Part shown: positions 39,538-48,935 of the stretch, in pieces
Position numbering within the stretch: position 1 is the stretch's first letter
How the letters are laid out: the number at the start of each line of letters is the position of its first letter
From: Candidatus Tayloriibacteriota bacterium
Lineage (GTDB): Bacteria > Patescibacteriota > Minisyncoccia > Phycocordibacterales > CAIRYW01
NCBI GenBank assembly: GCA_028286725.1
Contig: JAQBQZ010000009.1
Span: 1,408 to 65,407, forward strand
Length of the DNA stretch: 64,000 bases
Reading direction: 5' to 3'
Notes under the pieces: model-generated
Database searches by the model: none
What the model was told of the DNA's origin: nothing
The model's input: the letters and a program-made list of their open reading frames with translations, nothing else
Position numbers and translations under genes: made by a program

Positions 39538-39577
39538 TTTAAAATCTCTACGAATTCAGGCTTCGCGGGGATTTTTT

Positions 39578-39860
39578 ATTTCCAACAAGCGAGGTGAAAA
39601 GCGAATACATGGAGCTTTGCAAGACCTTTTGAGATCGTACTCGATCCAAAAGGTGTACAGTTCCTGTAAGGAAAGCGTGGACGAGTACTCTCGTACACAG
39701 CGTCCGAGTCGCACTACAAGAGTACTTCTTATTTTCTAACTCACTTCGTTCATAAGAAAATAATGTCGAGTTGGAATATAGGGTTAATACCCGAAGCGAT
39801 GCCGAAGGTCAAAAGTATGAGCGGAGCGAATTTACCTCGTGAGCTCTGCTCCGAGGTCCT
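39578..39860 (+). repeat. stand-alone modular structured element (copy B)
   Basis: Shares both ends with 26021-26275 (inverted) and internal modules with 41183-41240, 28415-28444, 45988-46055. Confidence 0.8.
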
Positions 39861-39880
39861 TTATATGATATAATTTTGAA

Positions 39881-40774
39881 ATGAAACAATCTAAAACAAA
39901 TTTTACAATCGCAATATTATTAGCGCTTATTTTTATTGGAATTAATGCAAATATTACGAAAGGTGCGGCTGCCGCAATCCTGACACTTGAAAGTGTTGGA
40001 TCGATCGATAGCCAAATCACTGTATATGGTGATCCTTATGGTGCCGTTGAACTTCACTATGGTAATGGTGGAGTAGTGACTCTCGGTAGTACAGATCAAA
40101 ATGGTTATCTTCGAATGGCGGTAAATACAGCAAGCTACAATATTGCCTGCGATCAGACTGCGTACGCGCTCGTAAATGGTCAAAGAACTGCAACAATCCG
40201 ATGGTCAAAGCCAGACGCACTTACTTGTGACAAAACCGCAAGCACAAATGGAATCTCTTTCAGTCAGAACAATATCGTGATGACGATCGGTCAAAGCAAA
40301 TCGATAACAATAAATGGAACAGGAGGATACTCTGTAACCAATAACTCAAGTCCGGTCATAAGCAGCACAATTACAAGCAGCACCTTGAATCTCATCGCGA
40401 ATGGATTTGGAGGAACGAGTATCACAGTCTGTGACAATAGCTCAAGATGCGGAACATTGTACGTGGTCGCAGTGAATGCAAGCGATATTCAAAACGTGAG
40501 CATTAATCAATGTGTGACACCAACGACAAATACCACAACTTCAACTACACCGACTAAATTTGTATTTACAAAACTTCTAGAGATGGATTCAATAGGAACC
40601 GAAGTGACAGAACTTCAGAAAAAACTAACAAACCTTGGATTCTATGCCGGCCCTGTGACTGGAAAGTTTGGACCACTTACAGAGACCGCTGTTAAAAAGT
40701 TTCAAAAAGAATATAAGATCACTCAAGCTGGATATGTTGGTCCGTCTACAAGAGCGAAGCTGAATCAACTCTAA
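39881..40774 (+). CDS. exported peptidoglycan-binding domain protein
   Basis: Signal peptide; C-terminal EVTELQKKL..GKFGPLTETAVKKFQ..GYVGPSTRAKLN. Confidence 0.85.
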   Translation: MKQSKTNFTIAILLALIFIGINANITKGAAAAILTLESVGSIDSQITVYGDPYGAVELHYGNGGVVTLGSTDQNGYLRMAVNTASYNIACDQTAYALVNGQRTATIRWSKPDALTCDKTASTNGISFSQNNIVMTIGQSKSITINGTGGYSVTNNSSPVISSTITSSTLNLIANGFGGTSITVCDNSSRCGTLYVVAVNASDIQNVSINQCVTPTTNTTTSTTPTKFVFTKLLEMDSIGTEVTELQKKLTNLGFYAGPVTGKFGPLTETAVKKFQKEYKITQAGYVGPSTRAKLNQL

Positions 40775-40826
40775 AGCTGGTAAAAAGTCTCAAAAAAATG
40801 TAAACTGTCACCAGTCCTAAAATATT

Positions 40827-40899
40827 GGTGTAGTGGCGAAGTGGTTAACGCGGCAGTTTGCAAAACTGTTATGCGCCGGTTCGATCCCGGCCTACACCT
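40827..40899 (+). tRNA. tRNA-Cys(GCA)
   Basis: GGTGTAG/CTACACC acceptor, TTGCAAA loop, GGTTCGATCCC. Confidence 0.92.
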
Positions 40900-40952
40900 C
40901 AATAAAAAGCAGCGCTTTTTAGGTATAGATTCCCGGTCGTATATATAAAATT

Positions 40953-41035
40953 GCCCGGGTGATGTAATGGTAGCCATAGGGGACTTAAAATCCCCAGGTC
41001 GCAAGACCGTGCGGGTTCGAGTCCCGCCCCGGGCA
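40953..41035 (+). tRNA. tRNA-Leu(TAA)
   Basis: GCCCGGG acceptor, GGGGA-CTTAAAA-TCCCC, variable arm, GGTTCGAGTCC. Confidence 0.94.
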
Positions 41036-41286
41036 CAAAATACAAAAGACTTCAGAAATTTTTCTGAAGTCTTTTGTATTTTGTGCCCGGAGAAAGTGCT
41101 AAACACACTTTCGAGGCGGGACTCGAAAAGGTTCTCCCATATTTTTGAGAATGTAATCATTTGAGAAAATGGGAAACCTATACGACATTGTTTTCTTATG
41201 ACTGAAAGGAATTAGAAAACAAGAAGTACTCTTGTGGTGCTGCGGCTGTAAGCCGAGAGTTCCGGTAAGGACCGAGTTCCCGTCCC
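41036..41286 (+). repeat. tRNA-trailing structured element (Leu-TAA copy)
   Basis: 30-bp palindrome 41029-41058/41061-41090, gaaagtg hairpin, anti-T-arm 41115-41127, degenerate direct copy 41271-41286. Confidence 0.85.
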
Positions 41287-41694
41287 TTACTTAAACCCCT
41301 CCACAACCAACCCCTTTATCTGATCTCTCACAACCGCACTTACTTCATAGCCCATTTTGTAAGGATCAACAATATCCCAAAAAATGAGTTTCTTATTTGC
41401 TTTAATATAATCTGGAATTTTTGATTCTTTTTCCAAGATAACAACGACATCAAAATCAGCTAGCATGCTCGGATCAAAAACAGTTCTTGTATTATCACTC
41501 ATATCGACACCCTCTTCTCTCATCGCCCGAATAACATCTTTAGCTTCTTCTTTATCTCCAATTCTTTGTCCAGGAATACTTACATTAAATCCAGCAGAGG
41601 AAACTTCATATTCAGGATGAAGTTTTTTTAAAAACATTTGAGCCATCTGGCTTCGTCCCACATTTCCACCGCATACAAAGAGAACTTTTTTCAT
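41287..41694 (-). CDS. low-molecular-weight phosphatase/arsenate reductase family
   Basis: VLFVCGGNVGRSQMA (CX5R), SSAG, IVDPY. Confidence 0.88.
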   Translation of the reverse strand: MKKVLFVCGGNVGRSQMAQMFLKKLHPEYEVSSAGFNVSIPGQRIGDKEEAKDVIRAMREEGVDMSDNTRTVFDPSMLADFDVVVILEKESKIPDYIKANKKLIFWDIVDPYKMGYEVSAVVRDQIKGLVVEGFK

Positions 41695-43001
41695 TAATTT
41701 AATATTTTTTTCAATTCCTCCCTCACCACATTCCGATCATCCCAAGGAATTGATATGCCACCAATAATCATTGACTGCTCTGCACCTTTGCCAGTGACCA
41801 TCACTACATCGCCCTCCTTGGCGATCTCAAAGCACTTTCGAATACCCTCTCGCCTATCTTCAATCACAAAAAGATTTTGCCCTCGAACTTTACCTACTTG
41901 TAGCGATGCTTTGGCAATATCCTCAACAATAGGTGTTGGATCATCCTCATACGGATCTACATTGGACACCACAACCACATCAGCAAGCCTGCCTACGATT
42001 TCACCCATAATCGCTCGCTTACCCTTGTCCCGTCCTCCACCCTCGGCGCCAAGAAGCATAATTGATTTTCCATTTTCACCTTTAAGTGTATTCGCCGTTT
42101 CTGTTGCATAAGTCATACTCTCCTTTTCGTGAGCATAATCTACAAACACTCTAAAGTTCTGTCCTTCTTTTATTTCTTCCATTCGTCCCGGAATAATACT
42201 CAAGTGCTCGATCGCTTTTTTTGCTCGCTCGTGACCAATACCAAAGAGTTTGCCGACAACGATCGCAGGCAATGCATTATAGACATTAAATGTTCCCGGG
42301 ATTGAAATTGAATATTTATGATTATGTAATTCAAAATCAACACCGTTTTTGCTCGGAGTAATATTCTCTGCTTTGTTTTGGCTTTGAAGATTAATACTGA
42401 ACGATTCTTTATTATCTGCATCAAACGATAAATAGTATGATGAATGTTCACTGTCAGTATTTACAATAATTGTTTTTGGAAACTCCTTTCCTTTAAACAT
42501 TTTTTTCTGTGATTTACTTAAACGCTCAAAAAGCTTACCTTTCATATTTTTATAATTATCAAATGTCTTATGGGCATCAATATGCTCTGGAGTAAGGTTC
42601 GTAAATATTGCAATATCATAATCAATCCCGATATGACGATATTGAGCAATACCTTGTGATGTTGTTTCAACGATCGCACATTCACAATCCTCAGATACCA
42701 TTCGTCGAAGGAATTTTTGGATAACAAATCTTCCAGGCATTGTCATATGAAAAGGATTCAATAATTCTTCATTACCGATTCGGACATTTGCAGTGGTAAT
42801 GATCCCTGTTTTTATACCGCTTTGATTCAACACTGACCAAATAAAGTTAATGGCGGAAGTCTTGCCTTTTGTTCCAGTCACCCCAATCACAATCATTTTC
42901 TTTGAAGGGAATCCGTATACAAAAGATGCAAAAAGTGCAGTCAGATAATGATAGTAAGAGAAAAATTTCTGTGGAACTATTTTTCTAATTAAAGATTTCA
43001 T
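41694..43001 (-). CDS. murE: UDP-MurNAc-tripeptide synthetase (MurE-like)
   Basis: GVTGTKGKTS, FTNLTPEHID, IPGRME, VDYAH, GKGAE. Confidence 0.88.
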   Translation of the reverse strand: MKSLIRKIVPQKFFSYYHYLTALFASFVYGFPSKKMIVIGVTGTKGKTSAINFIWSVLNQSGIKTGIITTANVRIGNEELLNPFHMTMPGRFVIQKFLRRMVSEDCECAIVETTSQGIAQYRHIGIDYDIAIFTNLTPEHIDAHKTFDNYKNMKGKLFERLSKSQKKMFKGKEFPKTIIVNTDSEHSSYYLSFDADNKESFSINLQSQNKAENITPSKNGVDFELHNHKYSISIPGTFNVYNALPAIVVGKLFGIGHERAKKAIEHLSIIPGRMEEIKEGQNFRVFVDYAHEKESMTYATETANTLKGENGKSIMLLGAEGGGRDKGKRAIMGEIVGRLADVVVVSNVDPYEDDPTPIVEDIAKASLQVGKVRGQNLFVIEDRREGIRKCFEIAKEGDVVMVTGKGAEQSMIIGGISIPWDDRNVVREELKKILN

Positions 43002-43002
43002 A

Positions 43003-44025
43003 TTAAATATATTTTTTAATTAATTTTCTTGTTATATAAACATAATACCAAAATGGCTTCAATACGAGATCATAGAGTGCCAGATGGTGAACTACTTCCC
43101 CTCCAAACTTCTGTTTAAAGGAACTCAAGCCCTGCCATTTTTTGTTTTCTTCTCCGACCGACACTGCGCCAAAATTATAATATTTTGCACCCATATCTTT
43201 TGCCTTGAGCATCGCATTAAAATGCGCAAGATATGGAGCACAAAGATCTTTATGCAAATCAGAAGATGCTCCAAATACATAGTGCGCTACATCACCTACA
43301 ACAAACACAACATGTGAGGCGAGACGTTCATTTTCATAAAAAGCTTCGATCAAAAATCCTTTGCCTGTCTTTTCAAGTTCTTCAAAATATTATTTGAAGT
43401 AATCATTATTATGTAGTGCGAATCCTTTTAGAACAGAGGTCTGCTTCATAAGTTCCAAAAAAGCTGGGAGTTTTTTTGCAAGATCCTTATCTATAAGAAC
43501 CGTTTTTATTCCTTTCTTTTCTGCAAGACGAACTGAGTAGCGAGTCTTTGAATGCATTGCACTCAGGATCTCTTCAGGGGTACCACTTATCGCTGTATAC
43601 CACTCGTCACGAGGCTGGAAATACGCACCAACAATTGAAGGGGGTAAGGACTCTGTAAAATATTTTTTGAGTGGAATAGAATTATTTGAATCAATAAAAG
43701 TAAAATCCAGTCTTACAAATGCCACATTATTTTTCTTCGCCCACATTGTGAGCCCACTTTTAATAGATAAAATAATTTCTTCTGATACATTAGAGAGAAT
43801 CGGGCCGTAGGGAGCATACCAGTATGTGAGACTTCTGAAGAGCGGATATTCAACAATAAGAACAGAACCAATAACACTTTTGTCATTTAAGATTTGAAAG
43901 TTCTTTATATTCCTACTCATTCTTTTCTGGATCAGGCCATAGGCAAAAGTCTGAGTTAAAGGAATATTTTGACCATTTACTTCCACAAAATCTTTTTCGT
44001 TTGTAATCTCTTTGAGGTGTATCAT
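43003..44025 (-). pseudogene. FemAB/FemX-family peptidoglycan bridge transferase interrupted by an in-frame TAA
   Basis: ORFs 43390-44025 and 43003-43353 share a frame; TAA at 43390-43392; motifs YAPYGP, KTRYSVRLAEKKG, YNFG, FKQKFGG. Confidence 0.75.
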
Positions 44026-44114
44026 CGATCCTATTATACTATATTTTTCTGAGTGATCCGATTAGACATTTCTCTATTTTCTGGTATATTTCTAAGATAC
44101 CAAATATACGGCAT

Positions 44115-44187
44115 GCGTCCATAGCTCAGCTGGTAGAGCAGCTCCCTCTTAAGGAGACGGTCGTAGGTTCGACTCCTACTGGACGCA
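44115..44187 (+). tRNA. tRNA-Lys(CTT)
   Basis: GCGTCCA/TGGACGC acceptor, AGCTCAGCTGGTAGAGC D-arm, CTCTTAA loop. Confidence 0.94.
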
Positions 44188-44375
44188 CAAATAAAGAAAA
44201 ACCTCAGCAGATATCTGCTGAGGTTTTTCTTTATTTGTGCGTCCAAGCAAGCGCGGGGCACTTGCTTGTAGGAGTCGAACGGTTTGCATTGAGCTTGTAG
44301 TAACAAGCGAAGCGAAAACCGGTGACCAGAAAACTTCTGCGGGTAGCAGAAGTTTTCGAGGTCGACAAGCGTACT
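44188..44375 (+). repeat. tRNA-trailing structured element (Lys copy)
   Basis: 66-bp loop-less palindrome 44180-44245, agcaag hairpin, anti-T-arm gtaggagtcgaac 44268-44280. Confidence 0.85.
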
Positions 44376-44438
44376 CACGGTCCAATTGGAATTAAAAATC
44401 CAGGAGTTCGGCTCCTGGATTTTTATTTTTTACGTTCG

Positions 44439-45635
44439 CTATCTAACTCCTTTTCTCCTCAAATTCTCCTTCTTAAACTCTTCAATTCTTTCTTTCATAG
44501 ACATCTTAGGATGTCCCGCAGGCTGTAGCATTCCTCTTTTAAGCATAAGAGCATATGCCATGAATGCACTCCAAATCATCATTCCAAGAATAAAGAAAAT
44601 CATCTTAAGATTCTCCTCTACTCCAGTGTAAGGAATTTGACTGAGATATACTCCCGATGCGCTTGTACCAATACTTGGAGTGTTGTAGTAAGTCGTATTA
44701 GTATTATTTCCATAATAGTAGTTACCATTACCTACAGTCACATAAAGATTGGCGCAGCTGCTGTAGTTGTAATTATTGCCAGATGAAACATTTGAAGAGC
44801 AGACAGTTATTGTTGCTGACCCAGGATTACGAGCGTACAAGTTAATCGTGTTACCATTTATGCTTGCATTCACAACATAAGAATCAGTACCGTTAGATGT
44901 ATAGTACACATTGTTTCCTCCGTAGATACTGACATTCGCACTCTGCCCCACAGTAAGTGAAATACTGCTTGGATTTATAGTGATCGGATTTGAGTTGTAA
45001 TTGTTGTTACCATTTCCATTTATTGTGACATAGAGAGTCGCACATCCATATCCAGATGAGTTTGCACAGACAGTTATCGTAGATGATCCTCCAGAACTAT
45101 TTGCAGAGAGATTGATTGTATTACCACTTACATATGCAGAGACAGCTCCTGAATTTGAGTTTGATGAAATATAGTATCCGTTACCGTTGCCTCCATTTAC
45201 GTTAACTGTTGCACTACCAAGCGAATTGATGTTGATGTTGTTTTGACTGAGATACACATTTCCACCATTGCTGTTTCCATTATTGCTGTAGTTTGGCCAA
45301 GTTTTTGCCTGAGATTGCTGACCATTTACTATCACATAAACTGATGATCCAGAAGGGATACTATAGTTGTAACTATTGAGAGTAGTATTTAGATTTCCTG
45401 AACTATCAGTTGTTCCAATGTTTGTCGATGAAGGATTTGATGCATTGTTCGGGTAGTAATAAAGCAAAACCTGCGCATTCGGGTCCGCATTAAGACTTAT
45501 TGATACGATGCTATTGTTACCGTTTGCAAGTGCAAAAGTAGGCGTAACAGCCGCTTTTACGCTCAAAAATGGCAAAAATAGAGCTATAATGGCAAAAACA
45601 CTGATAATTAAGGGGTATTTGTATGTATGTTTCAT
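44439..45635 (-). CDS. Asn/Ser-rich surface protein with IPYTG-TM C-terminal anchor
   Basis: Signal peptide; N-terminal domain similar to 39881-40774; C-terminus SGVYLSQIPYTG..NLKMI paralogous to 33607-34995. Confidence 0.8.
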   Translation of the reverse strand: MKHTYKYPLIISVFAIIALFLPFLSVKAAVTPTFALANGNNSIVSISLNADPNAQVLLYYYPNNASNPSSTNIGTTDSSGNLNTTLNSYNYSIPSGSSVYVIVNGQQSQAKTWPNYSNNGNSNGGNVYLSQNNININSLGSATVNVNGGNGNGYYISSNSNSGAVSAYVSGNTINLSANSSGGSSTITVCANSSGYGCATLYVTINGNGNNNYNSNPITINPSSISLTVGQSANVSIYGGNNVYYTSNGTDSYVVNASINGNTINLYARNPGSATITVCSSNVSSGNNYNYSSCANLYVTVGNGNYYYGNNTNTTYYNTPSIGTSASGVYLSQIPYTGVEENLKMIFFILGMMIWSAFMAYALMLKRGMLQPAGHPKMSMKERIEEFKKENLRRKGVR

Positions 45636-45764
45636 GATAAAACTAATTATCAATATTGTAAGAGGTTTGTCAATATCAATAAGAAATTTGATCGATCGAT
45701 TAAAAATCGAAAAAACTTAGTAAAATATTGATAAAATCGAAAAATAATATATTATGTATGGATT

Positions 45765-45846
45765 GCTGGAGTGGCGGAATTGGTATACGCGCTAGTCTTA
45801 GGAACTAGTCCCGTAAGGGTTAGGAGTTCGAGTCTCCTCTCCAGCA
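45765..45846 (+). tRNA. tRNA-Leu(TAG)
   Basis: GCTGGAG/CTCCAGC acceptor, CTAGT-CTTAGGA-ACTAG, variable arm. Confidence 0.94.
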
Positions 45847-46105
45847 CAAAAAATGACCCCGAAAGGGGTCTATTTTTATGTCTGCTGGAGAGGAGACTCG
45901 AAGGGCGCAGCACACCGAAGTTTACGAGGTCTGAATTCAGCAGAATTCAGAAGCGAGGAGGGGTGAGCTCGGGATTGGGACCCGAGTGCAAGACCTTTTG
46001 AGATACAATCGAGCTTGCGAGATTTTATCCAAAAGGTGTACTGCTCCTGTATGGAGGCGATTTGCGACGGCGAGTAAAATATTCGTGACCGAGTCTCCTC
46101 TCCAG
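45847..46105 (+). repeat. tRNA-trailing structured element (Leu-TAG copy)
   Basis: 20-nt perfect antisense copy at 45883-45902 of tRNA 45827-45846; 16-bp direct copy at 46090-46105. Confidence 0.88.
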
Positions 46106-46169
46106 TCTACGGACCTACACCCATCCCCCCCCCAAAAAAAAATAACACCTCTCGGTGTTATTTTTTTCT

Positions 46170-46487
46170 TTATCTTGTAGGTTTCAGAACTTTCTTCATA
46201 TCTTCCTTAGTTTGTGTATCCTGACCGAGTCCGAAAGTATTGATAGAAATCTTGACTATCGTAAATGCCATAAACATAAGCGCCATTCCAATAATTCCCC
46301 AAAGTATTCCGTTAGCCCCTTTTGCTCTAACCTCTGGATTATCAGCCCCAGTTATATAAGCTCGCACTCCCCACAAAAATGCAACGAGTGCAAACGTAAA
46401 CATAAGAACAATAAGCGGGTTCACAATGACCCCGCTTATGTTCTCAATTAATTTATCTGCGGCGGCTGATGCTGCAATATTGTTCAT
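46170..46487 (-). CDS. VirB2/TrbC-like pilin 1
   Basis: Two TM helices joined by GADNPEVRAKG..ILWGIIG. Confidence 0.75.
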   Translation of the reverse strand: MNNIAASAAADKLIENISGVIVNPLIVLMFTFALVAFLWGVRAYITGADNPEVRAKGANGILWGIIGMALMFMAFTIVKISINTFGLGQDTQTKEDMKKVLKPTR

Positions 46488-46489
46488 AG

Positions 46490-46819
46490 TTATCTAGTGA
46501 CCGCACCTGAAGCTGGACCTATTGCCTTAGGAATATAGTCTGGAGCAATTGTACTTGTTCCACCGCTCTGGAAGAATGTCTTTGAGAGAATGTTTACAAA
46601 TCCCCAAACTGAAACCATCACGAAAAGCGCAATGATACCGAAAATGATCATACCTCGCGCAGCCGCTCGCTTCTCTTCGTCTCCTCCTGCAGTCACGAAC
46701 TGTACGATACCAATGAGAAACAAAATGAGTCCGATTGAAATGATCAAAGGGATCAAACCGTTCATGAAGTTAGTAATAGATGTGAGACTAGAACCGATAC
46801 TTGAAAAATCCAGATTCAT
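46490..46819 (-). CDS. VirB2/TrbC-like pilin 2
   Basis: AGGDEEKRAAAR..IIFGIIALFVMVSVWGFVNIL. Confidence 0.78.
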   Translation of the reverse strand: MNLDFSSIGSSLTSITNFMNGLIPLIISIGLILFLIGIVQFVTAGGDEEKRAAARGMIIFGIIALFVMVSVWGFVNILSKTFFQSGGTSTIAPDYIPKAIGPASGAVTR

Positions 46820-46925
46820 AAATTAATTTATTAATTATTAATATTAAACGTAGAACTAATTATACCCTCGAAGCGTTACGGATTGCAATAGCAAGGTGGA
46901 AAACCTCATTAAAATTTCAAATCAA

Positions 46926-47474
46926 TTATCGCGAAATCTCATTACCCGAATTCGCAGAAAACTGGATTGATTGCTGCTGAGCTGGGGCACTAATGCTACC
47001 AGTACTTATTGATTGTGTTGGAGCTGCACTAATAGGAGTATTTACACCTCCAGCATCTTGAGCGCCAGAACAAGTTGTTGAAAAAACTTTATCATCACTA
47101 CTATTGAATTGAGGTATCACAAGCTGCAACCCAAAACTATTTGTAAATAATCCCAATATTCCCCAGATCGAGACCATAAAGAAAAATCCGAGTATCCCAT
47201 AGATCATCATCTTGCGCCCTTCACTCATCTTTTCACTATCATCTCCATGACTTACATATTTGATGAGTCCTTGAATAAAAGCACCGAGCGCAATAACAAC
47301 AAGATAAGGTATGAAATCGAGAGCAAGCTTTACAACAATACAGACAAGCTGGCTAAAATTCTGGGGCGCTGACGGTATCGTGCTCGAAAACATTGAATTA
47401 TCATCAGCATAAACAAAAACTGCATTTATAAGAACAAGAACCGCTACAAGTAGAAGATAATATGGTTTTTTCAT
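46926..47474 (-). CDS. VirB2/TrbC-like pilin 3
   Basis: Signal peptide; GDDSEKMSEGRKMMIYGILGFFFMVSIWG. Confidence 0.75.
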   Translation of the reverse strand: MKKPYYLLLVAVLVLINAVFVYADDNSMFSSTIPSAPQNFSQLVCIVVKLALDFIPYLVVIALGAFIQGLIKYVSHGDDSEKMSEGRKMMIYGILGFFFMVSIWGILGLFTNSFGLQLVIPQFNSSDDKVFSTTCSGAQDAGGVNTPISAAPTQSISTGSISAPAQQQSIQFSANSGNEISR

Positions 47475-47583
47475 CCCGTTAGAAAAGATTAGCAATTGCC
47501 TCTAATAAATTTTTATACTTTACATTCATGTGTTTTTGCAGATTTAGATTTTGTAAATAGTCTGCTTTTCTAACGGGACAGGC

Positions 47584-47937
47584 TTATTGTTGTAGTTTTG
47601 GTAAATAATTAGGTATTCCAAAATTCTGTCCAAAGAATGACTGAGTAAGAATGTTTACAAATCCCCAGATTGAGACCATCACAAAAAGAATAATAATTCC
47701 GTAGACCATGATCTTTCTTCCTGCCGACCTCTTCTCCGCATCATCTCCTGCACCGAGAAATCGAAGCACACCCGTCATAAATGTAATGACGGCAATGAGG
47801 ATGAGGGTTGGAATAAGCCCCATAAGATTCCCTACAGAAAAGTTTGTGAATATCTGATTAGCAGTATCAGGTGTTGTATTATCTGCCAACACAAGTGCCG
47901 GGGCGAAAGTGATGATAAATAAAAGAGCTTTTTTCAT
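47584..47937 (-). CDS. VirB2/TrbC-like pilin 4
   Basis: GDDAEKRSAGRKIMVYGIIILFVMVSIWGFVNIL. Confidence 0.78.
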   Translation of the reverse strand: MKKALLFIITFAPALVLADNTTPDTANQIFTNFSVGNLMGLIPTLILIAVITFMTGVLRFLGAGDDAEKRSAGRKIMVYGIIILFVMVSIWGFVNILTQSFFGQNFGIPNYLPKLQQ

Positions 47938-47938
47938 A

Positions 47939-48499
47939 TTATTGTTTGAAGACAGTTGCTGATTTTTTTGGAAGGCTTTGAATCTCAGAATCAGTTCCGA
48001 AGAAAGATTTAGAAAGAATGTTTACAAATCCCCAGATTGAGACCATCACGAAAAGAGAAATGATACCGAAGAGCATCATATTTCGCCCTCCCTGTCTCGC
48101 CTCTTCATTATCTCCAGAGCTTACAAACTTGATCACTCCCGCCAAGAATAGTATGAGACCGAGACCGATCAAAAATGGTACTACGGCACTGTCGAGAAGG
48201 CAAAGCGCGTATGTGAACAATGATCCGATGTCGGTTGGAATATGACAGCTTCCAGATGCCGCAGCTCTTGCAGTAGCGTCAGTGACAGTAACCTGATTAG
48301 CTGAAGTCTGGCTAATTCCTGGTTGTACTTGAATACTAGTATTTATTGCAGAATTAACTTGTGAAGGACCTGAACCTCCTAGATTAGAACCTGGTATTGG
48401 GTTATTAGAGAAGCTTCCATCAAATGGACTTGCATAAGCGACTGTTAAAGATAGACCGAGTACAAAAACAGATAATGCTATTAAATATATTTTTTTCAT
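47939..48499 (-). CDS. VirB2/TrbC-like pilin 5
   Basis: GDNEEARQGGRNMMLFGIISLFVMVSIWGFVNIL. Confidence 0.78.
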   Translation of the reverse strand: MKKIYLIALSVFVLGLSLTVAYASPFDGSFSNNPIPGSNLGGSGPSQVNSAINTSIQVQPGISQTSANQVTVTDATARAAASGSCHIPTDIGSLFTYALCLLDSAVVPFLIGLGLILFLAGVIKFVSSGDNEEARQGGRNMMLFGIISLFVMVSIWGFVNILSKSFFGTDSEIQSLPKKSATVFKQ

Positions 48500-48530
48500 A
48501 ATCATTTATTAATATTAAATATTTATACAA

Positions 48531-48908
48531 TTAATTAACCCCCGTACTCAAATCCTTGACCGTACTTGTCACTGCGAGCATTATCGTTCGCGCACCAAGA
48601 AGTATTGCAGTGCCAACAAGCGCCCAAGTAATAGTCTTATATGCCTTGCTGATCGCCTCTGGGTCACCTTGCGCAGTAACATACATAAATCCGCCGTACA
48701 TAATAGCAAGTACAGAAATAATTGTTCCAAGTTCAATACATACACCTACAATAGAATTAAAAAAATCGGTAAGACTCTTGTTTTGTCCAAGCGGATTAGG
48801 AATGTGACCAGCATCGCTTGCTCCATATACATATGATGTTGCTGATACGAATACAATAAACAAAAATACGCTAAGGTTAATAATTATTTTTTTAAGATTA
48901 ATTTTCAT
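48531..48908 (-). CDS. VirB2/TrbC-like pilin 6
   Basis: IPNPLG, YGGFMYVTAQGDPEAISKA..WALVG. Confidence 0.8.
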   Translation of the reverse strand: MKINLKKIIINLSVFLFIVFVSATSYVYGASDAGHIPNPLGQNKSLTDFFNSIVGVCIELGTIISVLAIMYGGFMYVTAQGDPEAISKAYKTITWALVGTAILLGARTIMLAVTSTVKDLSTGVN

Positions 48909-48935
48909 AGTTTAATTATACGATAATTACACTGA

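Noticed and set aside
43390-43392. Alternative genetic code 25 readthrough
   Set aside because: The stop is TAA; TGA ends intact genes such as clpB and core genes are not interrupted
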